A stretch of 64,000 nucleotides of DNA, from NCBI RefSeq assembly GCF_009914755.1, contig NC_060931.1; one strand, written 5' to 3'. The DNA comes from the human T2T-CHM13v2.0 reference genome, Homo sapiens. The notes below the pieces were generated by a model, which was not told where the DNA came from, did no database searches, and worked only from the letters and a program-made list of their open reading frames with translations. The position numbers and the translations under genes were made by a program. Shown in pieces: positions 27,331 through 40,078 of this stretch. Numbering within the stretch: position 1 is the first letter of the stretch; each line of letters opens with the position of its first letter.

Positions 27331-29734
27331 GATGCAGAAAAAGCATCTGACAAAATTTAATACCATTTCATGATAAAAAGTCTCAACAGATTAGGTATAG
27401 AGGAAATGTACCTCAACACAATAAAGATTATATATGAAAACCTGTAGCTAACATTATATTCAACAGTGGAAAGTTGAAAGATTTTCCTCTAAGATCAGGG
27501 ACAAGATAAAGATTCCCACTCTCACCACTTCTTTTCTTTCTTTTTTTTTTTCTTGAATTATACTTTAAGTTCTGGGACACATGTGCAGAACGTTCAGGTT
27601 TGTTACATAGGTATACATATGCCGTGGTGGCTTGCTGCGCCCATCAACCCGTCATCTACATTAGGTATTTCTCCTAATGCTCTCCCTCCCTTTGTTCCCC
27701 CACCTCCTGAAAGGCTCTGGTGATGTTTCGCTCCCTGTGTCCATATGTTCTCATTGCTCAATTCCCACTTATGAGTGAGAACATATGGTGTTTAGTTTTC
27801 TGTTCCTGTGTTAGCTTGCTGAGAATGATGGTTTCCAGCTTCATCCATGTCCTGGCAAAGGACACGAACTCATTCTTTTTTATGGCTGCCTAGTATTCCA
27901 TGGTAAATATGTGCCACATTTTCTTTATCCAGTCTACCATTGATGGGCATTTGGGTTGGTTCCAAGTCTTTCCTATTGTGAATAGTGCTGCAATAAACAT
28001 GCGTGGGCATGTGTCTTTATAGTAGAATGATTTATAATACTTTTGGTATATACCCAGTAATGGGATTGCTGGGTCAAATGGCATTTCTGGTTCTAGATCC
28101 TTGAGGAATTGCCATACTGTCTTCCACAATGGTTGAACTAATTTACACTCCCACCAACAGTGTAAAAGCATTCCTATTTCTCCACATCCTCTCCAGCATC
28201 TGTTGTTTCCTGACTTTTTAATATCACCATTCTACCTGGCGTGAGATGGTATCTCATTGTGGTTTTGATGTGCATTTCTGTAATGACCAGTGATGATGGC
28301 TTTTTTTCATGTCTGTTGGCCACATAAATGTCTTCTTTTCAGAAGTGTCTGTTCATATCCTTCACCCACTTTTTGATAGGGTTTTTTTTTCTTGTAAATT
28401 TGTTTAAGTTCCTTATAGATTCTGGATATTAGCCCTTTGTGAGATGGATAGATTGCAAACATTTATTCCCATTCTGTAGGTTTTCTGTGCACTCTGATGA
28501 TAGTTTGTTTTGCTGTGCAGAAGCTCCTTAGTTTAATTCAATCCCATTTGTCAATTTGGGCTTTTATTGCCATTGCTTTTGGTGTTTTAGTCATGAAGTC
28601 TTTGCCCATGCCTATGTCCTGAATGGTATTGCCTAGGTTTTCTTCTAGGGTTTTTATGGTTTTAGGTCTTATGTTTAAGTCTTCAATCCATCTTGAGGTA
28701 ATTTTTGTGTAAGGTGTAAGGAAGGGATCCAGTCTCAGTTTTCTGCATACGGCTAGCCAATTTTCCCAGCACCATTTATTAAATAGAGAGTCCTTTCCCC
28801 ATTGGCTGTTTTTGTCAGGTTAGTCAAAGATCAGAGAGTAGATGTGTGGTGTTATTTCTGAGGCCTCTGTTCTGTTCCATTGGTCTATATATCTGTTTTG
28901 GTACCAGTACCATGCTGTTTTGGTTACTGTAGCCTTGTAATATAGTTTGAAGTCGGGTAGCATGATGCCTCCAGCTTCGTTCTTTTCGCTTAGAATTGTC
29001 TTGGCTATACCAGCTCTTTTTTGGTTCCATATGAAATTTAAAGTAACCACCACTTCTTTTCAACATCACAAAAGAACTCTCACCCAGAGCAATTATCAAG
29101 AGAGGGAAATAAAAACCATCCTAATGGGAAAGAAAGAAGCAAAATTGTTTCTGTTTGCTGATGACATACCTTATACCTAGAAAGAAAACCTAGACTCCAC
29201 CAAAAACCTGTCAGAACTGATAAAGTCAATAAAGTTGAAGGACACAAAATCAACATAAAATAACAGTAGCATTTCTATATACTAATAATGTACTATCCAA
29301 AAAGGAAATAAAGAAAACAATCCCACTTACAATAGCAATAACTAAATTAAATAACGTAAATAAGTGTAAATTTAACCACAGAGATAAAAGTTCTGTATAC
29401 TGAAAACTAATGAAATATTGATAACAGAAATTGTAGCAAACAAATTAATTAAAGCATAGCCCATGTTTATGGCTTGGAAGAATTAATATTGTTAAAATGT
29501 CCACACCACCCAAAGGAAATCTACAGATTCAATGCAATTCTTGTCAAAATTCCAAAATAATTTTTCACAGAAATTTTTTTAAAATCCTAAACTTTGTATG
29601 CAACCACAAAAGACCCTGAATAGCCAAAACAATCTTGAGCAAAAGGAAGAAACCTGGAGGCATCACATTCCTTCAAAATATATTATAAAGCTATAGTAAT
29701 CAAAATACTATGATACTGGCATAAAAACACACAT
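27331..29734 (+). mobile_element. inverted 5' portion of the same L1MA (ORF2), interrupted by L1PA7
   Basis: gatgcagaaaaagcatctgacaaaatt...ctgtttgctgatgacat (LFADD)...tactggcataaaaacacacat; flanking TSD ttcaaacata at 25840-25849 and 29737-29746. Confidence 0.88.
27537..29047 (-). mobile_element. L1PA7-like, 5'-truncated (~1.5 kb)
   Basis: ttatactttaagttctggga..catgtgcagaacg..caggtttgttacataggtatac..catcaacccgtcatctacattagg; 14-bp TSD caccacttcttttc at 27523-27536 and 29048-29061. Confidence 0.93.
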
Positions 29735-29840
29735 GGTTCAAACATATTTTAAATCTTTATCTCAAAAATCAAAATAGTTTTATCATAAATTTAAAATTAT
29801 AATTCAAAATGTAAAAATAATTCTACACATAGGGGAATAA

Positions 29841-30214
<374 letters not shown>

Positions 30215-30854
30215 TCAATATTCTACTAATTAGTTTCATTATTATGCATTTTTCTCAATACGAAATGAAACTATGCAATGGGAGGTGCCTAGGTAATGTT
30301 TCTAATTGTATAATAGAAACTTAAAGTGCTTTGTATTCATAGAAGAAAAGTACTATGACAGATAACAGCATTGAACACAAATGCTCTACAACAGTAGAAA
30401 AATGGGACATGATTCAAACTATTGTCAGGCTAATCATTTAAATGTTATTCAATCTAATTTTTAAAGAACTATAAAGATCAGTATTATTATTGCAAATACA
30501 TCTAAAATTGAGAAGTTGGTAAGCCAATTCAATATATGCAGGCACATCCCATACATTTTAATTATGTGATTTAAAATCATGTGGTGAAAAATACTTTCCG
30601 AGACTCACTTCATGAAGAAAATTAGAAAAGAAAATGTAAATCCAAAGATACCTTTTACCAACAACCACATACTTTCAGGGCAGGGGCCATAAGTGACTTG
30701 TGAACTGTGTTTACACCATGGGCATGTGGCAGAACCAGTTAAGCTGGGAAAGAGATCTGTCTGTCATTCTTTGTACCTGAACCATGTTTAAGAGCTTCAA
30801 TGATGCTATGAACTATCATGCAATTATTTTAACGTATGGGGTACTTTGATGACA

Positions 30855-31059
30855 ATGTGAAGCCTAAGCCAAATTCAGCCTGACACTTGAATTTGCTTTT
30901 GTAAATAATTTTTATGGGAGGACAGCTGTGCCCATATGTTTACGGATTGTCTACAGACACTTTTGTCCTACAATGTCAGAGTTCAGTATGATTGTATGGC
31001 TTGCAAAACCTAAAATATTTACTATGTGACTCTCTACAGAAAAATTTTGCCAACCCTTG
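30855..31059 (+). mobile_element. MER58A (hAT-Charlie MITE)
   Basis: gccaaattcagcc...ttttgtaaataa...cctaaaatatttactatgtgactctctacagaaaaattttgccaacccttg. Confidence 0.85.
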
Positions 31060-31109
31060 TCCAATAGCAATGTATCCACTTGTTCTTAAACCTGCTAGGC
31101 TATTGTTAA

Positions 31110-31238
31110 CCCACTTATGCCAGAGGTTGCAATTTTTTTGTGTGAAAAATCAGACTTTGGCGATGACCTTGAGCAGTAGGATATACATGACTCCCACAAG
31201 TTTAGTGTTCCAATGATGGGACACTAGCCATAAATGGG
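31110..31238 (-). mobile_element. MER85 (piggyBac/PGBD3-derived MITE)
   Basis: TTAA TSDs 31106-31109 and 31239-31242; TIRs cccacttatgcc / gccataaatggg; internal cttggcgatgaccttgagcagtaggatata. Confidence 0.95.
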
Positions 31239-32386
31239 TTAATGCATAGCCACTAACAAATCCATAACTTTGGAATGGAAGCTACATTAAGAAGGCCAAC
31301 CACATCAAATAAAATATGTTGCTAACCTATGGACAACTATTCTACAAATATTAGAAATAATGACGAGAAAATTGTAAAACAAAAATAGATTTTCTTGTCA
31401 AATTATACATGACATACTGACATACATATAATTTGATTAAATGAATGGTTTTTAATAATCTAGAATTAAATTTCTTTGTTAAAGCTATTTCCTCTCCATG
31501 GAATTCATTCCCAACCTTCTAAACTTAGAGAGATCCATAAAGCATTCAGACTTAGCTCAGGTTTCCTGCCTGGAAGCCTTGTAACAGCCCATTATGGCCC
31601 AAACACAGATTCTAGTTTCCTCTTCCAACTCACTGCCCTATGAAGTGCTGCTTCCGACCCACTTCTGCCTGCTCCCCTGAGCCCTGGGGACCTCCACATG
31701 TGGATCTGGCATTTCTGTATAGGGTCATGATCTAGCTCAGTATCTAGTGTTTAGAGTATGCTAAGCATGAGTTGCCTAAATTAATTACTTTAATAATATT
31801 TCAAATTCCTAAGGGAACCATGTCCAAAAAGTGCCTTTTAATATTACCTCATCAACAATGCAAATAATCTTAAAATGTGAATCTTAACTGTTGATTTGTC
31901 TTTTTTATGAGAATATTTAAATATTTTTACTTTTTAAAAAATCCACTTTGTAGTAAAAAAGAATTGATTTCATTTTTTTGCAGTTATTAAGAAAGTAATT
32001 GTAAGATATTTGGAAATGCAAAAAATTAAAAAAATTATTTAAGTTCTACCATCCCAAATAAGTGGTGTTCACACCTGACTATGCTATTAATAGGAATCTC
32101 CTGTTCCCTCTTTAAAGTCTAATCATTTGCAGTCGTGGACTTCAGAGGTTTGCTAACAGAATATACCATGCTAAGAGTCAAAATGGTAGCATTGCTGTAT
32201 TTATGTTAAACAGCAAATCTGCTAGATGTCTTTTTAATCAGACTAAGTGGTCACATTGCATTTAGTCAAAAGCTGTCACTGATTGTCTTTCTCAAGATTT
32301 CCAAGCTTCAAGTTGCAGGTTTACATTAGTCTGTTTTGATTTTTAGCGAAGTTAGCAACTCATTAACCAAATGAGTTGCTATGATA

Positions 32387-32576
32387 GAGTAAGTCCTCAA
32401 TGCCAATTTACCTAACATGCACATTTTTGGGATGTGGGAGGGAACTGGAGTACACGAAGAAAACCCAGACATGAGGAGAATGTGCAATCTCCAAACAGAC
32501 AGTGGTCCTGGCTAGGAATCATTTATTTTTTTCTTTCCAATGTTATAACAAAACAACAGTATTCAAGATCGTGCTG
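32387..32576 (-). mobile_element. internally deleted MER6 (Tigger-family) element
   Basis: TA flanks; left end gagtaagtcctca, internal cctaacatgcacatttttgggatgtgggagggaactggagtac...ggagaatgtgcaatctcca, right end ...tgctg TA. Confidence 0.85.
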
Positions 32577-32619
32577 TATGCCATATACCCACAAAAGGAG
32601 CATTTACAGCTTTATTTTG

Positions 32620-33860
32620 TAATCCTGGATTATCAGATAACATTCTTTTTTGCATGTCAGTCTTTTCTTCTGCCTAAAATGTCCCTCTTTAGAAAGTAAT
32701 CCTTTAGAAGTTGATTTAGAGAGGGTTTGCTGGTCATAAATATTGTTATTGTGTGTTTAAAATATTACTATTATTTTAAAATGTTAATCTCCCAAAGAAG
32801 AGAATTCCAGATGATCAGTTATAATCTCTTAGTTTCTTAAAAATATTTAAAGTATAAAGTATACTAGAAATTGGAATTTATAAAAATGCATCCACTTTGC
32901 TGTTACTACTAATTTTGCAATTGGTATACTTGTTTCTTTACAGGCAATGTTTATTTTATCTTCCGTTGTTTTTGAGATCTTATCTTTGCCTGTGATATTC
33001 TGTGTGTCCAGCTGTGATTGTCTTTTTTTTTCTTTTTATTCATTCTCCTTGGAATTCATTATACTCTCTAAATCTGAAAATTTTTGTTCTTCATTAATTC
33101 TAGACAACTCTCATTTAGCACTTTTACTATTGCCTCCTCTCATGCTCCTTATGTTTAAAGATCCAATTAGATGAATATTTGCCCCCTTACTATTTTCTAT
33201 GTCTCTTAATCTCTCCTTTATACTTCCATATTTCCTCTTTTCTCTACATGTGTCCAACTCCTGGTAAATGTTTCAGGTCTATTTTCTAGTTACTGATTCT
33301 TTTTCATGTATCTCTTACCTGCCACTGAACACATCATTGGTGAGGTATTTAATTTTAATGACTTTTTTTTTTTATTTTAGCCGCTACATTTGGTTATATT
33401 CTAGTCTTCCTAGCATATTTTGGAGCATATTATTCTTTTTCATCTTGTATTTCTTTGAAAAATCTAAATAATTTTTTTTGTGCTCTATGATTCTGTTACC
33501 TGAAGATCCTGGTTTCTGCTGGCTTTCTCGTGGTGGCTTGTTTCTCTGTGTACTTGGTGATTTTCAAATGTGAGCTTATATTTCATGTTTTTCTGGATTT
33601 TATTTGCTGGAATCCTGGAAAGCATGGGTTGAAGGAGCAAACCTTCAGAAAGTCAGAGCCAAATACAGTTTGTTGCTGCCAGTTACCCTAAGGCATTCTT
33701 ACCCATGTGTGACTACATAATGTTAATTTCTAGGATTGGTATTCTCTGTGCCATGAAAGTAATGTAAATCTGAATTCCTGGGGACATGGAAAGCCTATGA
33801 TTTAGAAGTTTTGAAGAGAGAGTATTATTTTTTCAATGAAAACACAGGTTAAGACAAACA
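32620..33860 (-). mobile_element. HAL1/L1ME ORF1-region fossil
   Basis: T-rich antisense ORF1-like text (tttgagatcttatctttgcc, tctatgtctcttaatctctc, ttctgctggctttctc..gtggcttgtttctctgtg). Confidence 0.6.
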
Positions 33861-33929
33861 AGTGCCAGTACAGTCCAGGGCTGAGTCAATCCCAGAGCCC
33901 GCAGATGAGTCAACTCCATCTAGCAGTAA

Positions 33930-34400
33930 TCCAGATGCTCTGCCGCACACAAGGAAGAGAGAGAGAGACATGAAGAAATCAGGCATAGACTCTAACCTTT
34001 AAGAACTCACATAAAAGTGAGGCTGATGGAAATGTACACCGCTAGTAGTGATGCAAGGATTTAAGATTCACCCTCTGTGGCAGCATAAGCAAAAGTCTAC
34101 CTGTGGCTGATTAAGGAAGCAGTGAAGCAAAAATCTAAGCATGTGGTATTTGCACTGAACCTTGAAAAATGGCGACCATATTCACAGGCCCCCAGAAATG
34201 AAAAGGCATTCTAGATACAGGAAAACATCAGCAAAGCATGGACGGCGAGGCCATGTGGTGGATTTTAGAGGTAGAGCCTGAAGTAAAATGAGAGTTGCAC
34301 AGGAATGTCATGAGAGCCAAGATCAGAGCAGTCTTGTGCTTTACCTGCCATCTAAGGCATGTAGATTTCACTAAGTAAATAAAAGTGAGCCAACACAAAT
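33930..34400 (-). mobile_element. L2 fragment
   Basis: ctctaacctttaagaactcaca, tatttgcactgaaccttgaaaaatg, ggcattctagatacaggaaaaca. Confidence 0.6.
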
Positions 34401-36597
34401 CTACAACCAGTGAACTTTCATGTCAAATCCTCCTACATATCCATAAACAGCAACCATTCTACCCTGTTCCTCAACCTGAGCCTTAGTTGGTTTTAGATGG
34501 TACCAAAACAAGTCGTTTGATAGAGCAATATTCAGTAAACTTTTTAAAACATAAATATGATGTGAACAATTCAAATTACGTTGACATTTTTCCTGAGTTT
34601 CCATGTTTGGGGCAATCTTTAAGTAACCTACAAGTGTTTGATATCATGATACATCCAGCTTATGTTTATATTAAATCAAAATGGACAGGAGAGGAAAAAA
34701 TGTTAAGGATCCCAGTGTTTGATGTACCTAATGCAAATGATTTATGTCAATGTCATAACTTTGTAAGTAGACCCTCCTATGAGCACTTTTCTACATTTCT
34801 GTGGACAGCCAGTCAGAATAGACTAAGGGGTAGCTCTATCTACTAGGAACATTCGCCCACTAATATCTTCAATAGGACGTAAAAGATAGGTAAACAGAGG
34901 CCATAGAGCAAGGCTGTGTCAATAAAGCAAAGGATTGTAAAGTTAGATTTTTAGAGATGTTAAGTGGCTGAAAGAAAAGGCTGAAACTAGTGAGGCAGTG
35001 TTTCATGGGGTAAAAACATCTACCTTTGATTCTCTCACTTCAACTAGACCCAAGCAGAAGGGAACTTATTTAAACAGCAGTTCATGGAAGAAAAGCCATC
35101 ATAGGCTACATCATCAACTCAAAAATGAAATACCCGTGAAAGCTCTGCCTAAACATCTAAACTCAACATAGGCAGCTTTAATGTAAATGAATAGTGGAAA
35201 CCTAAGGATACGATGTTTTGTTGCACTTGCCATTGGATTACTGTGCTTGACTTTGAGTCACTGCAAACTGCCATGTGTTTAGAGGTGATCCTGGATGTTG
35301 CAGGGGTCCAAGACCCAGGAGATCCTGGATAATTTAAGTGGCAAGTAGCAGACTTCATGGAGGACATTTAGTGTAAGAAAGGAGAAAACTTAGGTCCAAC
35401 ATGTAGAAGTTTCAAATAGAAAAGTTTTGATGTGTCACAGCAGGAAGTAAAAAAGTATCACTTCCACTCTAGGAGGATTTCCTATCAATTTGAGCTCTTC
35501 TAGTTTAATCACAGATTTTGTAAAATAATGAGGTCTGCAAAGGAATTTAAACAGGGACTACGCAACCACTTGATGGGATATTGGGAATATCTACATCGTG
35601 CTGGACAAAAATATAAATGGTTCCTTGTGTGGCTTTGGAACCCAGATTCTCCTGCATCATCATTCTACATTGGTGCCATGAGGGCCAGACACTCTCACAA
35701 CACTGCCCTTCTTGCTGAAAATATCAGTAATCTCCTTCAAACAGATAACTTGACTTCACCAGACTTTTTTCAGCACTTGGCAGCTATATAAACTTTTTAT
35801 TAGTCCATTTATTGTTTATTTTGCACTGTTTTGTTTTAAGCATAAAGGGGTGAAGTACTAAAATATGTTTAGGGCCCATATCCCATTAAATCACAGATAC
35901 TCAGTATGGCTGAGCAAATGTTTACTTCCCAGGGTCAGCCTAAACAAAACGAAAACAGCAGTCCCAAATATTTCCTTTGCAGAATAATCACAAAGGCTGT
36001 CTCTCCTGAAATCTTAATCCTAATCTTAAATATTTGCTGTCCTAAAATGAGGAAAGTCCTGTCAGTAATTGTATTATCTGTTCTTCTTCATGCTCATCAT
36101 AAATGCCAAAGGGTAATTCTTCCTAGAAAAATCAATCTTTAGTGATAACACGCAATGTGTTTTTAATTAATGAAGCTGCTTGATGCTGGCAGACTGGAAG
36201 TATCTTATCATCACATGCTGGGGAATTCACACAGGGTCCTGTCTGTGCATGCCGATCCCTGGAGCCAAAGAAAAATCTCCTGTCATTAAATCCTCTGCTG
36301 AACTAGCCTACATACTAAATAGGCAGAGGATCACGCCAGCCATCATGCTGGATAAGTGTATCAAGATATAACGCATGCCAGAAGCTGATGAAATACTTTG
36401 GCAAGAGCAGTGACCAGTTTTGTTATAATAAGTTGTGGTTTATCTCCAGTGTGGAGGGGAGAAAACTCATTTATGATTGCTCAATATTCTTGAGCAAAAT
36501 ACGACTGTCATCTGAATCCAGAGTAGAAGAGAGGATTTTTGTTTCTTTGTTTCTACGTTTATTTTGTTTTTAAGAGGAAAAGCAGCTTCTCAGTTGA

Positions 36598-36815
36598 TGG
36601 GCAGTGGGAACAACACTGGATTTGTGAAGAGGGCTCACTGTGATTGAGTCACTTCACTTTTTTCCTTGCTCCTATACTTGGTACAAGTCCCCTACCCTCT
36701 CCAAGACTCATTTCCTCCTTTCTAAAATGAGGACAAGAGCACCCACTTCAGGATGAACACACAAGTTAAAGCGTTGAAGCACATTGTAGGCTATACAGAT
36801 AAAGACATTGTTATT
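36598..36815 (+). mobile_element. MIR
   Basis: gcagtgggaacaacactggattt...cttggtacaagtccc...ctcatttcctcctttctaaaatgagg. Confidence 0.65.
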
Positions 36816-37990
36816 CTTTCTAGAAATAATAATTATTTGTTTCTTACAGACTCCACTAAAGTGAGAGTTGGAACTAAACATTCTCCAACATTCCTTTTAA
36901 AAAATTATCAAATTATTAGTTTTTAATTCCAAAATTTTAGGTTTTAGTTTGTAGGCCTGATTAACAAAAGCTACTTTTATTTATTTATTTTTTTTTTTCC
37001 GTGTGTAGCCAAAATTGAATGTAGGCATGAAATGCAGGGAATTTTTGGATAATGGGACAGAGAGGTATTTATTGTTTCAGAAAGCACTTCCTGAAAACAT
37101 TTATAACCAAAGAGCCAATAAAATGATCGGTTCAGAGATAAGTATACTGGAAGGAAATAATGACCATTGCAACACATGGCTAAACACCCTGGAATCATTC
37201 TTCCTTGTATTATTAAGCATAATTTTTACATTAACACAGAGTCAAAATAAAAGTTCCCTGCTGTGCTTACACAATACTCTGCAGCTGAGCAATAAGAACT
37301 TCGAGTGAAGTAAGGAGCAATTAGAGCAAAAGACAACTCAAACTAATTATTTTTAATCATATAAGTATAGCTTAGATCGACTCACCTGTAAAACAGGATA
37401 ATTACCTAGGTATTGGATACTCTTTAAATGTTTGTAGGATTAAATTGACATTTCAGTTATAAGCTATTATTGAGTATTGGAACCAAACAAGCATGGAATA
37501 CAATAGGGATAAATCAAATAATGTAACTACAGATAAATTATAATATAATAGAAGGATAATATTATTACAATATTATAACAATTATATCTACAGATCAAGG
37601 AATTTTGTAAAGATAATTGAGACAAACCAGATGGAAAAAACTTGTAAAGATGCTAAAAAACAAACAAAAACATATTGCCCTTGCTCACTTTCTTGGGCCC
37701 AGTATAGAAAAGACTAACTTCTGTATAATTTCCACCTTAGTTTCTAGGTGAAACAGTTGAACTACTGACCTCTGTGTAATTATTTCGTAATCTGCTTCCT
37801 CTTCATGAAACGTTTAGTCCAAATCTCTGTATGACCAAGCTTTTCCCATCTTCCAAAGCCCAGATGAAAGAGGTCATCCACAGAACTCCCCTGTTCCTCT
37901 ACTCCACCATATTTCTCTCTCCTGCAAAGGAGTTCTCTCTAGCATTGACCTTGCAGTGGTCTATTCCATGAGGGCCAAATCTAAAGCATA

Positions 37991-39180
37991 GAGTCATGCA
38001 CCACACAATGGTGTTTCCATCAACAACAGGCTGTGTATTCAACAGCTGTCTCATAAGATTATAATGAAGCTGAAAAATTCCTACTGCCTAGTGATATCAT
38101 AGTGCAATGCATTACCCGGGTGTTTGTGGTGATGCTGGTGTAAACAAAACTACTATGCTGCCAGTTGTTTAAAAGTATAGTGCATACAATTATGTACAGA
38201 ATATATTACTTGGTAAGATAATAAGTGACTATGTTACCACTTTATGCATTTAGCATACTATATTCTTGTTGATATTTTTATTGTATTTTTATACTCATAA
38301 AAAAAGTTAACTGTAAAACAACCTCAGGCAGGTCTTAGACATTGTCATCATAGGAGATGGCAGCTCCATGCACGTTATTACTCCTGAAGACCTCCCAGTG
38401 GGACAAGCTGTGGAGATGGAAGACTGATATTGATGATCCTGACCCTGTGTAACCCTAAGCTAATTTATGTGCTTCTGTCTTAGTTTTGGACAAAAATGTT
38501 TAAAAAGTAAGAAAAATAAAAATAGATACATGCCTATAGAATAAGGATATAAAGAAAGAATATGTTTTTGTAGCAGGTATATAATGTGTTTTTATTTTAA
38601 GCTACGTGTTATTGCAAAAGAGCCAAAAAGTTTAAATAATTTAAAAGTTTATAAAGTAAAATGTTGCAGTAGGCTAAAATTACTTTGTTACTGAAGAAAG
38701 AAAAAATACTCTTTTGTAAATTCAGTGTAGCCTAAATGCACAGTGTTCATAAAATCTATCATAGTGTTGAGTAATTGACTCACTGGGCTTTCATATTCAC
38801 TCACCACTCACTCACTGACTTACCCAGGGCAACTTCCAGTTCTACAAACTCCATTCATGGTAAGTTCTCCATATATATGCACCCTTTTAAAAAATATTTT
38901 ATCCTCTATTTTTACTTTACCTTTTTGATGTTTAGATATCTTTAGATACAAAAGTATGGAACCATTGTGTATACTCGTCTACGGTATCAAGTTCAGTGAC
39001 ATGCTGCACAGGTTTGCAGCCTAGGAGAAACAGGCTATACATATAGCCTAGCTGTGTAGTAAGCTCTACCATCTGGGTTTGGGTAAGTACAGTCTATGAT
39101 GTTCACACAAGACAACATTGCCTAATAGTGCAATTTTAATTTCTTAGAATGTATCCCCATTGTTAAGCAATGCACGACTG
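37991..39180 (+). mobile_element. Tigger3b (MER7-type) non-autonomous DNA transposon, essentially full length
   Basis: TA|gagtcatgcaccac...ctcataagattataatgaagctgaaaaattcc...cccattgttaagcaatgcacgactg|TA; both TIRs and TA TSD. Confidence 0.92.
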
Positions 39181-39215
39181 TATTCACACTTATATTTCCT
39201 GGTATCTTCCAACAG

Positions 39216-39286
39216 TGCTTACTTATGTCTGGTGTGGCCCACATAAAATTGATCAAATGACAAAAGAGTGATACTCTTAAAATAAG
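39216..39286 (+). other. candidate 71-nt non-coding exon
   Basis: acceptor ttatatttcctggtatcttccaacAG|, consensus donor AAG|GTAAGT. Confidence 0.25.
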
Positions 39287-40078
39287 GTAAGTGGGTGTGT
39301 CTTGCAGGGTATGGAAGAGGAAATGTCAATAATACTGACCATTCAATGTAGGAAAATTTGATTTGGGACACCGTCAAGATATTACTCTCCCTTAATAAGA
39401 GTTGGCAGACCAAACAAGAACATATGGGAGAATGATCTCCAGTACTAACTGTTATTTTGCAGTGTACTAAATAAAAACTAACTTTCTTATACAGAATAAG
39501 AGACAAATTGTATTTAGAAATTGAATTTACAATTCACAAGAAGCTGAAAGAGTAATTTACACTCTGCAAAAGGATAGAGACTTAAGAAAAGCATAGACAC
39601 CCAGTTCTATGTCAGAACCCGACAGGCACAGGCTCAAAGGAGCCCCATCTGCTCTAGAACACGAACCACTTCTTACTTAAGGCTTCTCACCAACATTCTT
39701 TTGAGAAGGGAAGGAGAATGTAACAGGAAAACTGTGCTATGTTATGTATGTAATTTTCTGTGAATTAAAATGAAAAAGCTCTAGTCAAATGCAAGTAATC
39801 ATTTCATTTTGTGGGTTTGATAAATCTTTATTAAAAGTTGTATTGAACCTATACCAAGTTTAAAAAAAAACTTCTTTAGATATTATCTATTTATTCTTAC
39901 GTGCATTCATTTATTTAGTGTAGGATTGTTGAGTGCACACCGTTGGATGATGTCTACATGTCAGGGATACAGAAAGGAAAGAAAAACAAATGTCCCTATC
40001 CATAAAGGTGGAGGATATTAAACTAATGTTCCCATTACTCGTGTATGTTTTTGGAGGAGTAATGTTAATGAAGGAAGA

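Noticed and set aside
27890-29099. ORFs resembling L1 ORF2p C-terminus ([20 protein letters not shown]..., [18 protein letters not shown])
   Set aside because: Fragments of a 5'-truncated, frameshifted L1PA7; not functional.
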